A stretch of 64,000 nucleotides of DNA from positions 126,604,001 through 126,668,000 of the forward strand of contig OX597818.1 of the NCBI GenBank assembly GCA_951406725.2. The letters run 5' to 3'. The DNA comes from Octopus vulgaris (taxonomy: Eukaryota). A program made the translations under genes and the position numbers. The notes under the pieces were generated by a model. It saw nothing but the letters and a program-made list of their open reading frames with translations, made no database searches and had not been told where the DNA came from. Positions 14,251-26,925 of this stretch are shown here, one piece after another (position 1 is the first letter of the stretch; each line of letters begins with the position of its first letter).

Positions 14251-14389
14251 GTTCCGTTAAAAATATACTCTTGCTAAGTAAAACGTATGATCTCACAAGA
14301 AAACCAGAAATCATTACTTGTAACAACTCAGAAAAATGTTCAAACCAAAAATCATAATGAATTTGCTGTGCGTAATGGTCGTGCTATTA

Positions 14390-15130
14390 TTATTCTTGTT
14401 TAACACAGTACCTTTGCTGGGAGATGTAACAAGTTGGAAGCTGTCCACAACCAGTGGACCAAGATATCACTGTTCAGATTTCGAGAACTGTGCAGAATAT
14501 TTGAGCGGTTTCCTGTAGAGGCCCTAAGTTCACATTTACTTCTATCATTTCAGTCCAATTTGTGATCTTGGAACTTATAGTTCCCAAGGCTTGTTCAACA
14601 TGTGCGATGCTCAGCTTCTTCAATGACCCAGTCTTTCTTATCTCCCACTTCACATAATCATATCTGACCTGCTTACTCTTTCTTTCCGATATAATTAAAC
14701 ATTTTTTTTTATCTCATTATTCACAACCACTATATCTGGCTTTCAATTTTCAACTTCATGATCACATCGGAGCATTATATCTCACTGTATCTTTACCTTA
14801 TCAATCTTGATTACTCCTGAGATTTGTCCATTTCACATCTTTGCTCTATCCACTCCATACTTACCACACAACACTCAATGAATCGTTCTTGCTACAATAT
14901 CGTGTGTCTCCCTTAGAATTCTTTTTTTGATTTGTTTTGTTTTGTTTCAGTTTCTTGCATTCATTCACAAAATGCCTTTCAATCTCACCTTTATCACAGC
15001 GAAAACTGCTCTTGTTTCTTTCCTCTGTGACGTTCATCCTGTATTTGATATAATTTGTCCTGAGTGCGTCTTCTTGCGTAGCCCACATAAACACTTCTAT
15101 CTTTAGCTTCAAGTCACCCCCCAGACAGTG
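14390..15130 (-). mobile_element. Dong/R4-like (RLE-type) LINE 3' fragment
   Basis: LKIEVFMWATQEDALRTNYIKY, HFVNECKKL, and terminal LQETA...QIFCTVLEI* followed by a short UTR and an AAT-like tail. Confidence 0.7.
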
Positions 15131-15267
15131 CCTCTATCCATCAGCATCTGTATTTATGTTCACCTGTCTTGCAAACTGTCCGTAACATCTTTATTCTATT
15201 TCCGTTTGTCTTTCTTTCTTCTTTTTTTTACTTCGTACTCTTTTGTCTCCATGCAAGTATCTATCCT

Positions 15268-15935
<668 letters not shown>

Positions 15936-15944
15936 AATGAATAA

Positions 15945-16980
15945 ACTTTTGGACAAATCAATTGACACAGACAGCGAGATTAAAGCAAAAAAAAAATTGT
16001 CTAGCATGACCAAAACTTCTAAAAAAATTAGTGGTGAATTTAATCTCATGTAGTGCTTGTGTAGTAATCGCCTTCTGACGGATGAAAGGGGTAAAATATA
16101 ACACAAAAGAATTTGTAACAATGATAGTGTTAGCAAGTATCAAAGATGATGTGATGCTTGTAACAGCAAGTGGGACTCATACGAAAAATAAATAAATAAA
16201 ACTCTATACTTGAGGAAAATGACTCCAGATGATACTCATCTCAAAGGGTAATATAAAGAAAGTTAACCTAAGTGGCTAAGTAAAATGTCGATGTAGTTTA
16301 TTGCAGGTGGTTAACAGGATCAACATATTGTAGTATTTACGAAAATAATGTTGAAAGATACATAAAGTTTCGTATGTGTGTTGTGAAAATTCAAGCAAAT
16401 AAGCATTTTCTTCTGACAACAATTCCAAAAAGTAGAGTAAACATGTGGTAACAAAATGAAAGGCGGCAAAGCAAGCCATCTATTATATATGGATGAATAG
16501 AAGGTGTTTGCTAGATTAAGCAACCATATGGAATCACTATTCTATGCAGTTCAAATGTTCACAAAGACATAAGAACGGAATTTAGGAGAGAAAAGAAATG
16601 TGCGTTTATACAAAAAGTCAATAGTAGACAAAAATATCAAAGCAACAGAAGAATATATGTAGTATTAAGGATATTTGAAACCCATGGAATATACGAGTAC
16701 CTGGGAGTTGTAATTAGAGAAAATCCCACATATACAAGAGTGTATGTACATCTAGAATTTAACAGCTGGATATTTTCATGGAGGCATATCACTATATATA
16801 TTCACTGAGGAATTCTGAGACGCTATGAAGTGGATACAATAGAAAAATCATGTAACTTAAAAAAGAGAAAACTTAACAGAGGAAGTTACATAGAACAATG
16901 GGAATTTACATAGATGGTACTATAAGAAAGTGTTTCTCATAACTTGGGAACTCTGATTACTCAAAAGAGGCGAAGGAGTT
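15945..16980 (+). mobile_element. Highly decayed non-LTR RT fragment (R4/Dong-like)
   Basis: HLLYMDE*KVFA at ~16477-16512 (cf. HLLYMDDxKLFA) and YEYLGV at ~16692. Confidence 0.5.
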
Positions 16981-17851
16981 GTCACGCACTATAATCGAAA
17001 TCATTCTAGTCACGACCATTCGTTTTTGTTTTTTAAATGTCAAGTACTACATTATCTAGCGTAACATTTATTTAAAAGTAGTAGGTTTGGATTTGAGGAA
17101 GATATAATTGCTACTTCTAACAGGACCGTAAGTAGAGCAATCACTTAAAGACTCTCTCTTTACTAGAAGAAGTATCAAATATATGGTGTAGTTCTTTAAA
17201 CGTTAATCACGGAATAAAAGGATAGTCGATGATCTTTGCGGGCCTTCTAAAGTGTCTGAAAGGAGTTATGTGAGCGAAAATAGCACCGAATACCTGGCCT
17301 TTGTGTTTAAAGCAAATTGATACTCGAGTGCAGGAGTGGCTGTGTGGTAAGTAGCTTGCTTACCAACCACATTGTTCCGAGTTCTCTCACTGTGTGGCAC
17401 CTTCTACTATAGCCTCAGGCCGACCAAAGCCTTGTGAGTGGATTTGGTGGACGAAAGCTGGAAGAAGCCCATCGTATATATGTATATGTATATATGTGTG
17501 TGTGTTTGTGTGTCTGTGTTTGTCCCGGCAACGTCGCTTGACAACCGATGCTGGTGTGTTTATGTCCCCCGTAACTTAGCGGTTCGGCAAAAGAGACCGA
17601 TAGACTAGTCTTACAAAGAATAAGTCCTGGGGTCTATTTGCTTGACTAAATGCGGTGCTCTAGCATGGCCACAGTCAAAAGACTGAAACAAGTAAAAGAG
17701 TATCTTTCTACATCATTTTCGTATGCACTACAATATGTTGATCATGTTAACCACCTGCGATAAACTACTCTGACATTTTACTTCGCTACTTAGGTTAACT
17801 TTCTTCACATTTCCCTTTGAGACGAGTATCATCTGGAGTAATTTTCCTCAA
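16210..17851. repeat. Pair of diverged ~150 bp inverted copies (16210-16361 and 17700-17851)
   Basis: TTGAGGAAAATGACTCCAGATGATACTC... vs ...GAGTATCATCTGGAGTAATTTTCCTCAA; colinear across the arm. Confidence 0.8.
17330..17700 (+). mobile_element. tRNA-derived SINE family B with internal TA/TG microsatellite
   Basis: GGAGTGGCTGTGTGGTAAG head; GACCAAAGCCTTGTGAGTGGATTTGGT body; (TA/TG) tract; 3' part ending GTAAAAGAG. A similar full copy lies at ~1708-2120. Confidence 0.85.
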
Positions 17852-19287
17852 AATGACGGCACTCAAGGGTCAGGTGGTGGTGCTAAACGGAGTGGTAAGT
17901 CGAGCCAACCACACATACGTACAACATAAGCACCCATGTTAGCATGGGAGGGAGCTTTTGCTTGCTAAAAACGCAGCAACTAACCTCCCTTAACTCACAC
18001 CCTCCTCTTTTAAAAAAAGACCCGTTGGATAATGTGGTCCTGTGCGCTCTTCGTATAGAGTAAAGGGCAAATGATTGCAGCTGCAATGACTTTGATAATA
18101 AGTTCGAACGATCAAGGATTACCTATGGCCGAACAAATATAAAAATAACAGTACTGATCGCACGATCCAACTAGAAATATCAGTCACATCTCTCAATTAT
18201 CAACATCTTTTTTTGTATTTTAAAAGAATGTTTTAGATAATGTGAACCTTTGGCAGATTGAGTGAAAAGAAATGTGGAATGGTCACGAATAAAAGGTCTT
18301 CGAACATACATTTACTTGACCAAACGTGAGTGCTGCCTGAGTAAGACCAACACTAATTAGTATCCAAGGATCTGTTGTAATAATTGTTTAAGGTTTAAGC
18401 ATAAAGGAAACAATTTTGAGATTAGCGGGTTAGATGTAACATCAAACCCAGTACTTACAGATACTTTTCTTTTATTGGTCTTCCGAAAGGATAAAAAACA
18501 AAGTTGACCTCGATGGGATTTCAAATATCGAAATTAAAGGGAGAGACGAATTGCTGCTTAGCATTTCGTCCAACGTTTTGACGCTTTTGCCAGCTCACCG
18601 ACTCAAGAGGCATTATAATGGTAATACTAACAGAAATAAAATAGATAACATTGGCAAAAATAACTATGACAAAAGTTAACGAGTGTGCCTTCTAAACCAA
18701 GAACTACATAAAATAAATATCCCATCACACACACACTCACACACGCATAAAACACACACACTGCTCGGATAGGTCCTTCTACAAGAGGCAGAAAAAATCT
18801 CTAAGGGAACCCGCAGATAAAATAGAATAAATAGATAGGCTTTCAAAATTTAACCTAACTACCTTTATTTCAATGCAATGAAATTACATATACTCAGAGG
18901 TTCATATGCACATACACCTGAATACAAGTACAAATAAATAAATACGTTCGTGAAGATACACACAGAGACATGAATACAAACACATATATGTGGGAATAAT
19001 TGGTGGAAATGCTTTTTTTTGTGCATATTTCAATATATCTAGTTACAAGGTAGTTTTCAGCGAGAGTACCAAATATGAAATTGAAAAATACTAAAATAAT
19101 TTAGAACTCTGAAAATTACGTTCAGATGAAAAAGAAAATTGATGGAATGGAAAAATTTCAACTAAATCATACAAAATGGATATGTTTATATTACCTTTAG
19201 TCCGGGTCAAATCGTAGGCAGACAACTCGTTCGTTGAAAAAAGAATGACAGAATCTTATAGTTACGTTTATCCACATGCAATACATC

Positions 19288-19349
<62 letters not shown>

Positions 19350-19513
19350 TTTGATTATATTATCGAACTACAAGTATCACCTAATCAGAAAGGAAGATTT
19401 CCATCATAATCGGCATTAATCCTGCTTTAATACCATATGAATTATATAGGTACACATAAAATACAAACACATACTTAAACGCATACAAACATATATACAT
19501 ATATATACATACA

Positions 19514-19556
<43 letters not shown>

Positions 19557-19959
19557 ACATGCTGCAGGGGCTCTGAGTATATTTTGGGTAATAACAGTTC
19601 TCATCAAAAACGTTTTCCGACATTCTTCCAGTAACCTAAGATCTGCAGAAATGGCTACACTATGCTTCGCTGAAGAACCCTAAGAAAACCGGAACATGCA
19701 GAGAACATGTAGGGAATTCTCACCGGAGTGCATGCAATCAGGCTCACTTTCCTTTGCTTTTCACATTTAATTAATTTTTTGACCAGAATTATTCAGTAAG
19801 TTAAAACAATTTTTTCTAACATTCAAATAAAATGTAACTTAATACTTTTCACGTCTTTTTAGCTTACATCAAATACGTTAACATCCATTTTTCTATTACT
19901 TTCTTCGTATTAATCAATTAATTCCGCCTTTCTTTCAATGCTTTATTTGTTCTTTTCGT

Positions 19960-20141
19960 TGGTGAGCTAGCAGAATTGTTAGCATGCCGAGAAACATGCT
20001 TCGCGACATTTCGTATGTCTTTACATTTTGAGTTCAAATTTCGCCGCGGTCTACTTTTCTTCCACTCGGAGTCGGTAAAATAACCACTAGTTGAATGCTT
20101 GGGTCCCCAAAATTCCTGGCATTGTACCTCGAGTAGAATGG

Positions 20142-20199
<58 letters not shown>

Positions 20200-20206
20200 T
20201 TTTATT

Positions 20207-20247
<41 letters not shown>

Positions 20248-20475
20248 TATTAAGGCGGTGAGCTGGCAGAATCGTTAGCGCGTCGGGCGACATGCTTATC
20301 GACGTTTCGACCGTCTTTTCATTCTGAGTTCAAATTCCGCCGCTGTCCACCTTTACCTTTCATCCTTTCGGGGGTTCTGTAAAATAACTACCATTTGAAT
20401 TCTGAGGTCGATATCACTGGCTTACTCACTCACCCAAAATTGCCGGCCCTGTGTCAAAATTTGAAACCATTATTT
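19960..20475 (+). mobile_element. Two SINE family A copies separated by (TAT)n(CAT)n
   Basis: Heads at ~19960 and ~20252; B boxes GAGTTCAAATT. Confidence 0.8.
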
Positions 20476-20796
20476 CTTATCGTTTTTATATTTTACTCAG
20501 CTCTTGCTTTACATACGCAGCTGTGACTATTTGACATAAAACGCATTTGGCTGATTTTTACCCTTTCTAAAGCAGAGTGTACATATTTATAAATATATAA
20601 ATCAAACGAAGTAATGCCCTCCTCTTGCTGCTTTATCTCCAAAAGTCAAAGATAAAGAAAAGAGAAAGTTTAGAAATGTAGAGAAGAAATATGAAAATAA
20701 CTACATCGTTCCAACCTGATTCTTATTACATTAAGCTGTTTCTTTGGCCGGAACGAGTACAGACTCTTCTCGAAAGTATACACACCACACATAAAA

Positions 20797-20851
<55 letters not shown>

Positions 20852-20881
20852 TAGTTATTCATATACATATACGTATGCGTG

Positions 20882-20957
<76 letters not shown>

Positions 20958-21509
20958 CGTATGTATGTATGTACCTACGTATATCTGTATGTATGAATAT
21001 ACACATAGAACCTCACGTACACACATATTGTATTAGTTTCTCTCAATTTCCTTAATGCGTTCTACATATAAGAGGTCACATGGTTACATGTTCCACGCAA
21101 TAACAATAACAGTCGGCACCCTACAAGCCACACCAATTCAACTTCCTCGTTTCTAACAGGTTACTGTTTTTTGTAGATGGCCCGATGGACCCCTACAAAC
21201 TCTTTTGATCGTTTCTACACCTTGTTTTTTAACTAAAGTTTCCGCACATTTACTTATGACTTATGATATAAGTATGTATGCGTAGACTCCTCTGTATTCG
21301 AGAGTGCGTTTGTAAGGGGAGGAGTAAAAGAGGGAGAAAGAAATAAAGATATAATTTTGTTCTAAATTTAGCATAAGTAAATTGTCTATGACCGGATATC
21401 TACATTTTCCGTATCTGCTGACTGTTTTCGAAATGCTGTTTTTTAACATATGCTGTTTTTTAACCATACAAACACACAAAAATTAACACGGAAACGAATG
21501 GAATTTTTA

Positions 21510-22636
21510 TGCGAGAAAAGATTGCGACAGCTCGTTTAAGCATAAGACAAAACAGTTCTTGGTATTTCTTCTGGATCTTTAAGTTCTGAGTTCAAATCCC
21601 ATCAAATGAATTTTTCTTTTCAGTTTCGTGGTCGATAAAATAAAGTGTCAGTCAAATACTAGGCCAATGGTATCGACTGGCTCCTCTCCTTAAATTGCTA
21701 GTTTGTGGCAGTTATTGTTGTTGTTAAGAAGGTGAGCTGGCAGAACCGTTAGCACGCAGGACAAAATGATTAGTGGTGTTGCGCCTGTCTTTATGTTCTG
21801 AGTTCTAATTCCGCCGAGGGAGATTTTGCCTTCCATCCTTTCGAGGTCGATAAAACAAGAACTAGGGTCGATGTAATCGACTACCCACTCCCCTCAAAAT
21901 TTCAAACCTCGTGCCTATAGTAGAAAGAGATTATTGGCGAGCTGGCAGAAACGTTAGCACTCCGGGTAAAATGCTTAGCAGTATTTCATCTGTCTTAGAA
22001 TTTATATTAAAATAAAATATATTTTCCTATGGTCAATGGGGAAAGAGAAAGTATGAGTTCCTGTGTCATAGAATTTATATTAAAATAAAAATCTGTCTTT
22101 ACGTCTGAGTTCAAATTCCGCTGAGGTCGACTTTGCCTTTCATCTTTTCAGGATCGATAAATTAAGTACTAGTGCGTACTGGGGTCGATCTGATTGACTG
22201 GCCCCCATTCCCTCCAAATTTCGGGCCTTGTGCCGAGAGTAATAAAGAAAAGATTATTATTTTTGTTAAGGCGGCGAGCTGACATGCCCCTGGACAAAAT
22301 ACTTAGTGACATTTCGTCTCTGTCTTTGTGTTCTGCGCTCACATTCCGCCGAGGTCGACTTTGCCGTTCGTCCTTCAAGGTTGATGAATTAAGTAGCCGT
22401 GAAGTACTGAGGCCGATATAATATGCTAACCCCTCCGCCTCAAAATTTTTGGCCCTGTGCCAAAACTGGAAGCCATAATATTGTTGTTAAAGCGGCGAGC
22501 TGACAGAATCGTTAGCACACCGATTGAAATGCTTCGCAGTCTCTCTTTCGGGTCTGAGTTCAAATTTTGCAGATGTCGACTTAGTTTTTCATCGTTTCAT
22601 GATGGATAAGATAAGTACCAGTTTAGCAGTGGGGTC
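21510..22636 (+). mobile_element. Tandem cluster of about five SINE family A copies
   Basis: GG(C/T)GAGCTG heads at ~21731, 21936, 22273 and 22494, plus a degenerate copy from ~21510; separated by TAT/TGT runs. Confidence 0.85.
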
Positions 22637-22651
22637 TTCATCCTCTTAAAC

Positions 22652-23932
22652 TTGCTCGCCTTGTGGCAGAGAGAAAGACGGGCAACTGAATCAGATGAAA
22701 CAAGGGCAAAGCAACTGAAACACATGTCTGAATATGCACGGAGATGTAGATATGATTCTGTTTCCGCTATACAGGACCGATTGGTTATGGTATCTCTAGA
22801 GGAGAATATTCTACTTCAAAATAATCGTTTCGGATCACAAATTGTTGATGCAACACTAAAGAGATCTTGTCTTTACGATCATGTAGAAGTAGTGAAGTGG
22901 ACAGCCAATCTAAGACTTCTTACGAAAGGTGATTCTGATGAAAGAGAGTTTGCTGAGTACCTTCTTGATGTAGGAAATGGTAACATTTCTGTTGAACAAA
23001 GCCTAGGTGAATTCAAAATCAAACTACCCAGTGATCTTTGCCTTGAAAGTGGTACTCTTTCAGATCTTTGTGATTTTGCATATGCTGACTTGAAAAATAA
23101 CTTCACAAACCCTGTGTGGTTTGCAAGTAGAACCATTGTTACTCCAACAAATGAAACAGCACAATTTGTGAATGATTTTCTGTTCACCGGGAACCCTGGT
23201 AAGCTAAAGAAAAATATACAGAAGCTCAGATACAGTTGATAATAAAACTCTGTACCCATCAGGGTTTCCACGACATATTCTCAAACTGAAGAAAAAATAA
23301 TGCATAATACTTCTGAGAAATTTAGATGTTTCTAATGGACATTGTAACAGCACACGCTACATCATTGTTAGTTTACATGATCATGTAATTGAGGCTGAGG
23401 TTGCTTCTGGTCCTTATGCAGGATCAACTCTGCTAGTCCCAAGAATATCACATGTGTCTTAAGAAATGAAATTTCCATTCACGTTTATACGCAAACAATT
23501 TCCTGTCAAGTGAGCTTCTACCTCAACGTGCAACAAGGCGCAAGGACAGACTTTGGACCAAATTGGAATATATCTTCCGACACAATTCTTCTCACATGGT
23601 CAGCTGTATGTTGCATTATCTAGAGTTCGAAAGAAGCCTAATGTAAAAAATATTGGCTGAGAGAAAAGGAAACAGTATGATTACCGAAAATTGTGTCTAC
23701 AAAGAGATACCACATTACAGCAAAATATGCTTTTTTTAGCAAGTTTCAGTAAATAGAATTAACACATAAATTGTATGTAAAGTAACATATATTTGTGTGG
23801 AATGAAATTGTTTTGACATATCTCAACACATGCTGAATGAATGATATCGTTATATTAGATCATTTTAAATTTGGGTATGTTTGAAAAAGTAAGGAAACGC
23901 CATTCAGATGTGTCCTCACAGCACCAGACTTG
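22652..23932 (+). mobile_element. Decayed Helitron, PIF1-family helicase C-terminal region
   Basis: QIVDATLKRS..., EFAEYLLDVGNG, LLRNLDVSNGHCNSTR, RKQFPV...[22 protein letters not shown], with stops and frameshifts. Possible 3' hairpin TGTG-tcct-CACA then CTTG|T. Confidence 0.85.
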
Positions 23933-24010
23933 TGTGTGTGTGTGTGTGTGTGCGTGTGCGCGCGTGTGTGTGTGCGTTTTTGTGTGTGTGTGTGTGTGTC
24001 CATCCATCCA

Positions 24011-24258
24011 TCTATGCACACCTATGTAAGTTCTACCAATTATTAATGATAAATATATATAACAGATTGACTCTAAAAAAGAGAGATTATGGCTGTGATA
24101 AAATAACGAAAGCAGTATTTACTAAGCAATTGAGCACTATCATACAAAGAAATAATTAGACGTAAAATATCATAAAAATTATTAGACTTGGGGATCAAAT
24201 GTGGCAATATTATGGAGTGGTTAGCAGAAAACCGCCCGGAGGGCGGTCTTTCTACTAG
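24011..24258 (+). mobile_element. Short non-autonomous Helitron
   Basis: A|TCTAT 5' end. 3' hairpin ACCGCCC-GGA-GGGCGGT (24231-24247), 7 nt, then CTAG|T. The 5' boundary is less certain. Confidence 0.7.
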
Positions 24259-24970
24259 TGTATGTATATATACGTTAAGTAAAGCGCGCGCGTATATACT
24301 TTCTCACATAGGTCCTCCCTTCTCCTCACACACACATACACACACAGTGATAACTCAATACATTCCAATACAAATAAAAATAGAAAATCAAATCACTGGC
24401 TTCCACACTTAAAACTCACCCTCACCTCTGCTCTCAGAACGCTACGCATATGCACGCGCACGAAAATTATTCCCTATTGCATGTGTACGATAAACAAGAT
24501 TATCAGTACACTACACGTATATGCACGACTAAAGGCGCACATAAAGATATACGTATACATATACACGTGTATAGACATACAGGCATATAGTTAAAATCTG
24601 TACAGGCATGCGCACAAATAACAATGCGTACATTTGTATGTCTGTCTAGACTGGTTTTTCGCGGGGAAATGTCTTTGTTCGTGTAACGTATTCCTAGACA
24701 TGTTGTGTTGATGGAAACAATAGCTTTACAACGTCATATCATGCCTGTGTGTAATATTTCCCATAGACTGGGCAATGAATGAAGAATGATTAGATAAACA
24801 ATGAAACGGTGACAGACATGCAGATAGACAGAGTGACAGAGTGACACGGAGGAATGGAAGAAGAGGGGGTAAAAACTAGTGATAACCAAATCAATACTAA
24901 TTGCAGTACCTGGCCTTGCCTGCATTTTTCTTTTGTTTATTCTGACGTAGAGGTCAGACCTAATGTTCAG

Positions 24971-25145
24971 ACGTGGCTGTGTGATAAGAAGCTTCCTTCT
25001 CAACCACATGGTTCCGGGTTCGGTCCTACTGCGTGGCACCTTCAGCAATAATGTCTTCTACAATAGCCTCCGGCCGACCAAAGCCTTGTGTGTGGATTTG
25101 GTAGGCGGAGACTGAAAAAAGCCCTTCGTATATATAGATATACAT
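24971..25145 (+). mobile_element. SINE family B 5' half
   Basis: GGTTCCGGGTTCGGTCC B-box region; ends in a TA tract. Other halves at ~6532-6720, ~39378-39470 (+) and ~26440-26530, ~29060-29215, ~32555-32710, ~44935-45065 (-). Confidence 0.85.
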
Positions 25146-25911
25146 ATGGGTTAGGGTTAGGGTTAGGATTTGGTTTAGGATTTTCATCCGCCCACTTTTC
25201 AACGGGGCGAAGTAAAAGAGGAAGAAAGAAAGAAAGACACAATTTTGTTCTAAATTTAGCAGAAGTAAAGTGTCTATGACCGGCTCAATTCAGACGGCTA
25301 TGTGACGCTGCTGAAGACTGGTCAAGCCCTAGCTGGAGTGAGCTGCTACTGCACAGCCATATGTGTGGCAGCAAAATTCGAGTCTTTGCCATATCTCCGG
25401 AAAGAGTCAGAAGTGGTTGTCAGACTTCACCAGCCCCGATTTCTGACCTTCTAATTTCCACTCTTGTTATCCCGTGGATTGCTGTGTGGGGCACGCGATT
25501 GAAAAAACAATCGCTCAGCTTGCAACTCTAAGGCGGGGCTAATGGCCAAGATCAATAGTTGTTCGCAGATCTTCCCAAGGACACAGTCAAGAATGCATAC
25601 AGCGGGTTCTGGTGCTGTACTGAGGTTGCAGTGGTAGTTGAGGTCGGCTATATTGAGAAAACTTAACTGAGCCATAATTTAGTAGATAGTTTTTGATTTT
25701 TAAAAATTCTTTTATTTTTTGTTGGGTTATTGTATTTCTTTTTCCTTTCATGGAAATAGTCAAATTTAGCCTGCACATCGTGTATACATACATCATGTGT
25801 ATGTTTGTTTGTTTGTTTGTTTGTGTGCGTGTGTGTGAGTGTGTGTATGTGTGTGTGTGTATGTATGTGTGTGTGTGTGTGTGTGTGTGTACAGCTTCTG
25901 TATACCAAATT

Positions 25912-26407
25912 GGATCTTTTCACTTTGACCGGCAGATTTAAAAAATAATTTCTTTGTAACTAAACACTTTTAAACCTCGTCTACTGGTAGAATGTGTTAC
26001 ATAAAACATCTCTTTCTCTTGGCTTTCTTGAGAAAATTCTGTAGTTTGTAAGCTATTTGTTGTTAAATATCTTGCATTTCGGCAATTTCAACCACGTCTA
26101 TTGAGGTGAATATACGTGGGTTTATAAGTGTCAGCTACACCGCCGGAAGTTCTTGTTGAACTTGTTGACAAACAACAGCAGAAATTGTATTCACCTCAAC
26201 AGACGTCATTGATTGGTTGAAATTACCGAAATGCAAGAAATTTAACAACAAATAGCTTAAAACTACAGAATTTTCTCAAGAAAGCCAAGAGAAAAAGATG
26301 TTTTATGTAACACATTCTACCAGTATACGAAGTTTAAGTGTTTAGTTACAAAGAAATTATTTTTTAAATCTGCCGGTCAAAGTGAAAAGATCAAAGTGAA
26401 AAGATCA
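25912..26407. mobile_element. Foldback MITE with ~200 bp TIRs and 8 bp TSD
   Basis: Starts GGATCTTTTCACTTTGACCGGCAG and ends CTGCCGGTCAAAGTGAAAAGATC (terminal 14-mer duplicated). ACCAAATT at 25904-25911 and 26408-26415. Confidence 0.88.
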
Positions 26408-26527
26408 ACCAAATTTAATCACAATATATTGGTTAGCTCGGGACTACTGTAGAGAAAACTTGCCTAAGTTGTCGCGCAGTGGGACTGAACTCGAAATCAC
26501 ATGGTCGTAAAGTGAGCTTCTTAACTG

Positions 26528-26925
26528 CACATACACACACGCACGCACACATATACACACACACGCGCACACACACACATACGCACACACACATATACGC
26601 ACACACACGTGCACGCACACGCGCGCACACTCACACATGCACACGCACACGCAATCGCACACACGCGCACACCACGCACGCGCACACACACATACACACA
26701 CACGCGCACGCTCACACTTGCACATGCATACGCATACACACACACGCACACATACAGACATACACATACGCGCACACGCACACGCACGTACACGCGCATA
26801 CACGCGCGTACGTGCACACACATACACACATGCACACACACACACACATACACACACACTTACATGCACACACACGCAAACACTTACACGCACGCACACA
26901 TACACACCAATACGCGCACGCAGAC
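26528..26925 (+). repeat. Degenerate (CA/CG/TA) dinucleotide low-complexity tract
   Basis: Direct read; similar tracts at 317-610, 1093-1175, 32427-32555 and 39108-39315. Confidence 0.95.

Noticed and set aside
14336-14518. 60 aa ORF with signal-peptide-like N-terminus and cysteines
   Set aside because: Lies antisense to the 3' end of a Dong/R4-like LINE relic.
25148-25170. (GGGTTA)3 telomere-like repeat
   Set aside because: Only three units, beside a dispersed repeat (25235-25282 resembles 21350-21395); not a telomere.
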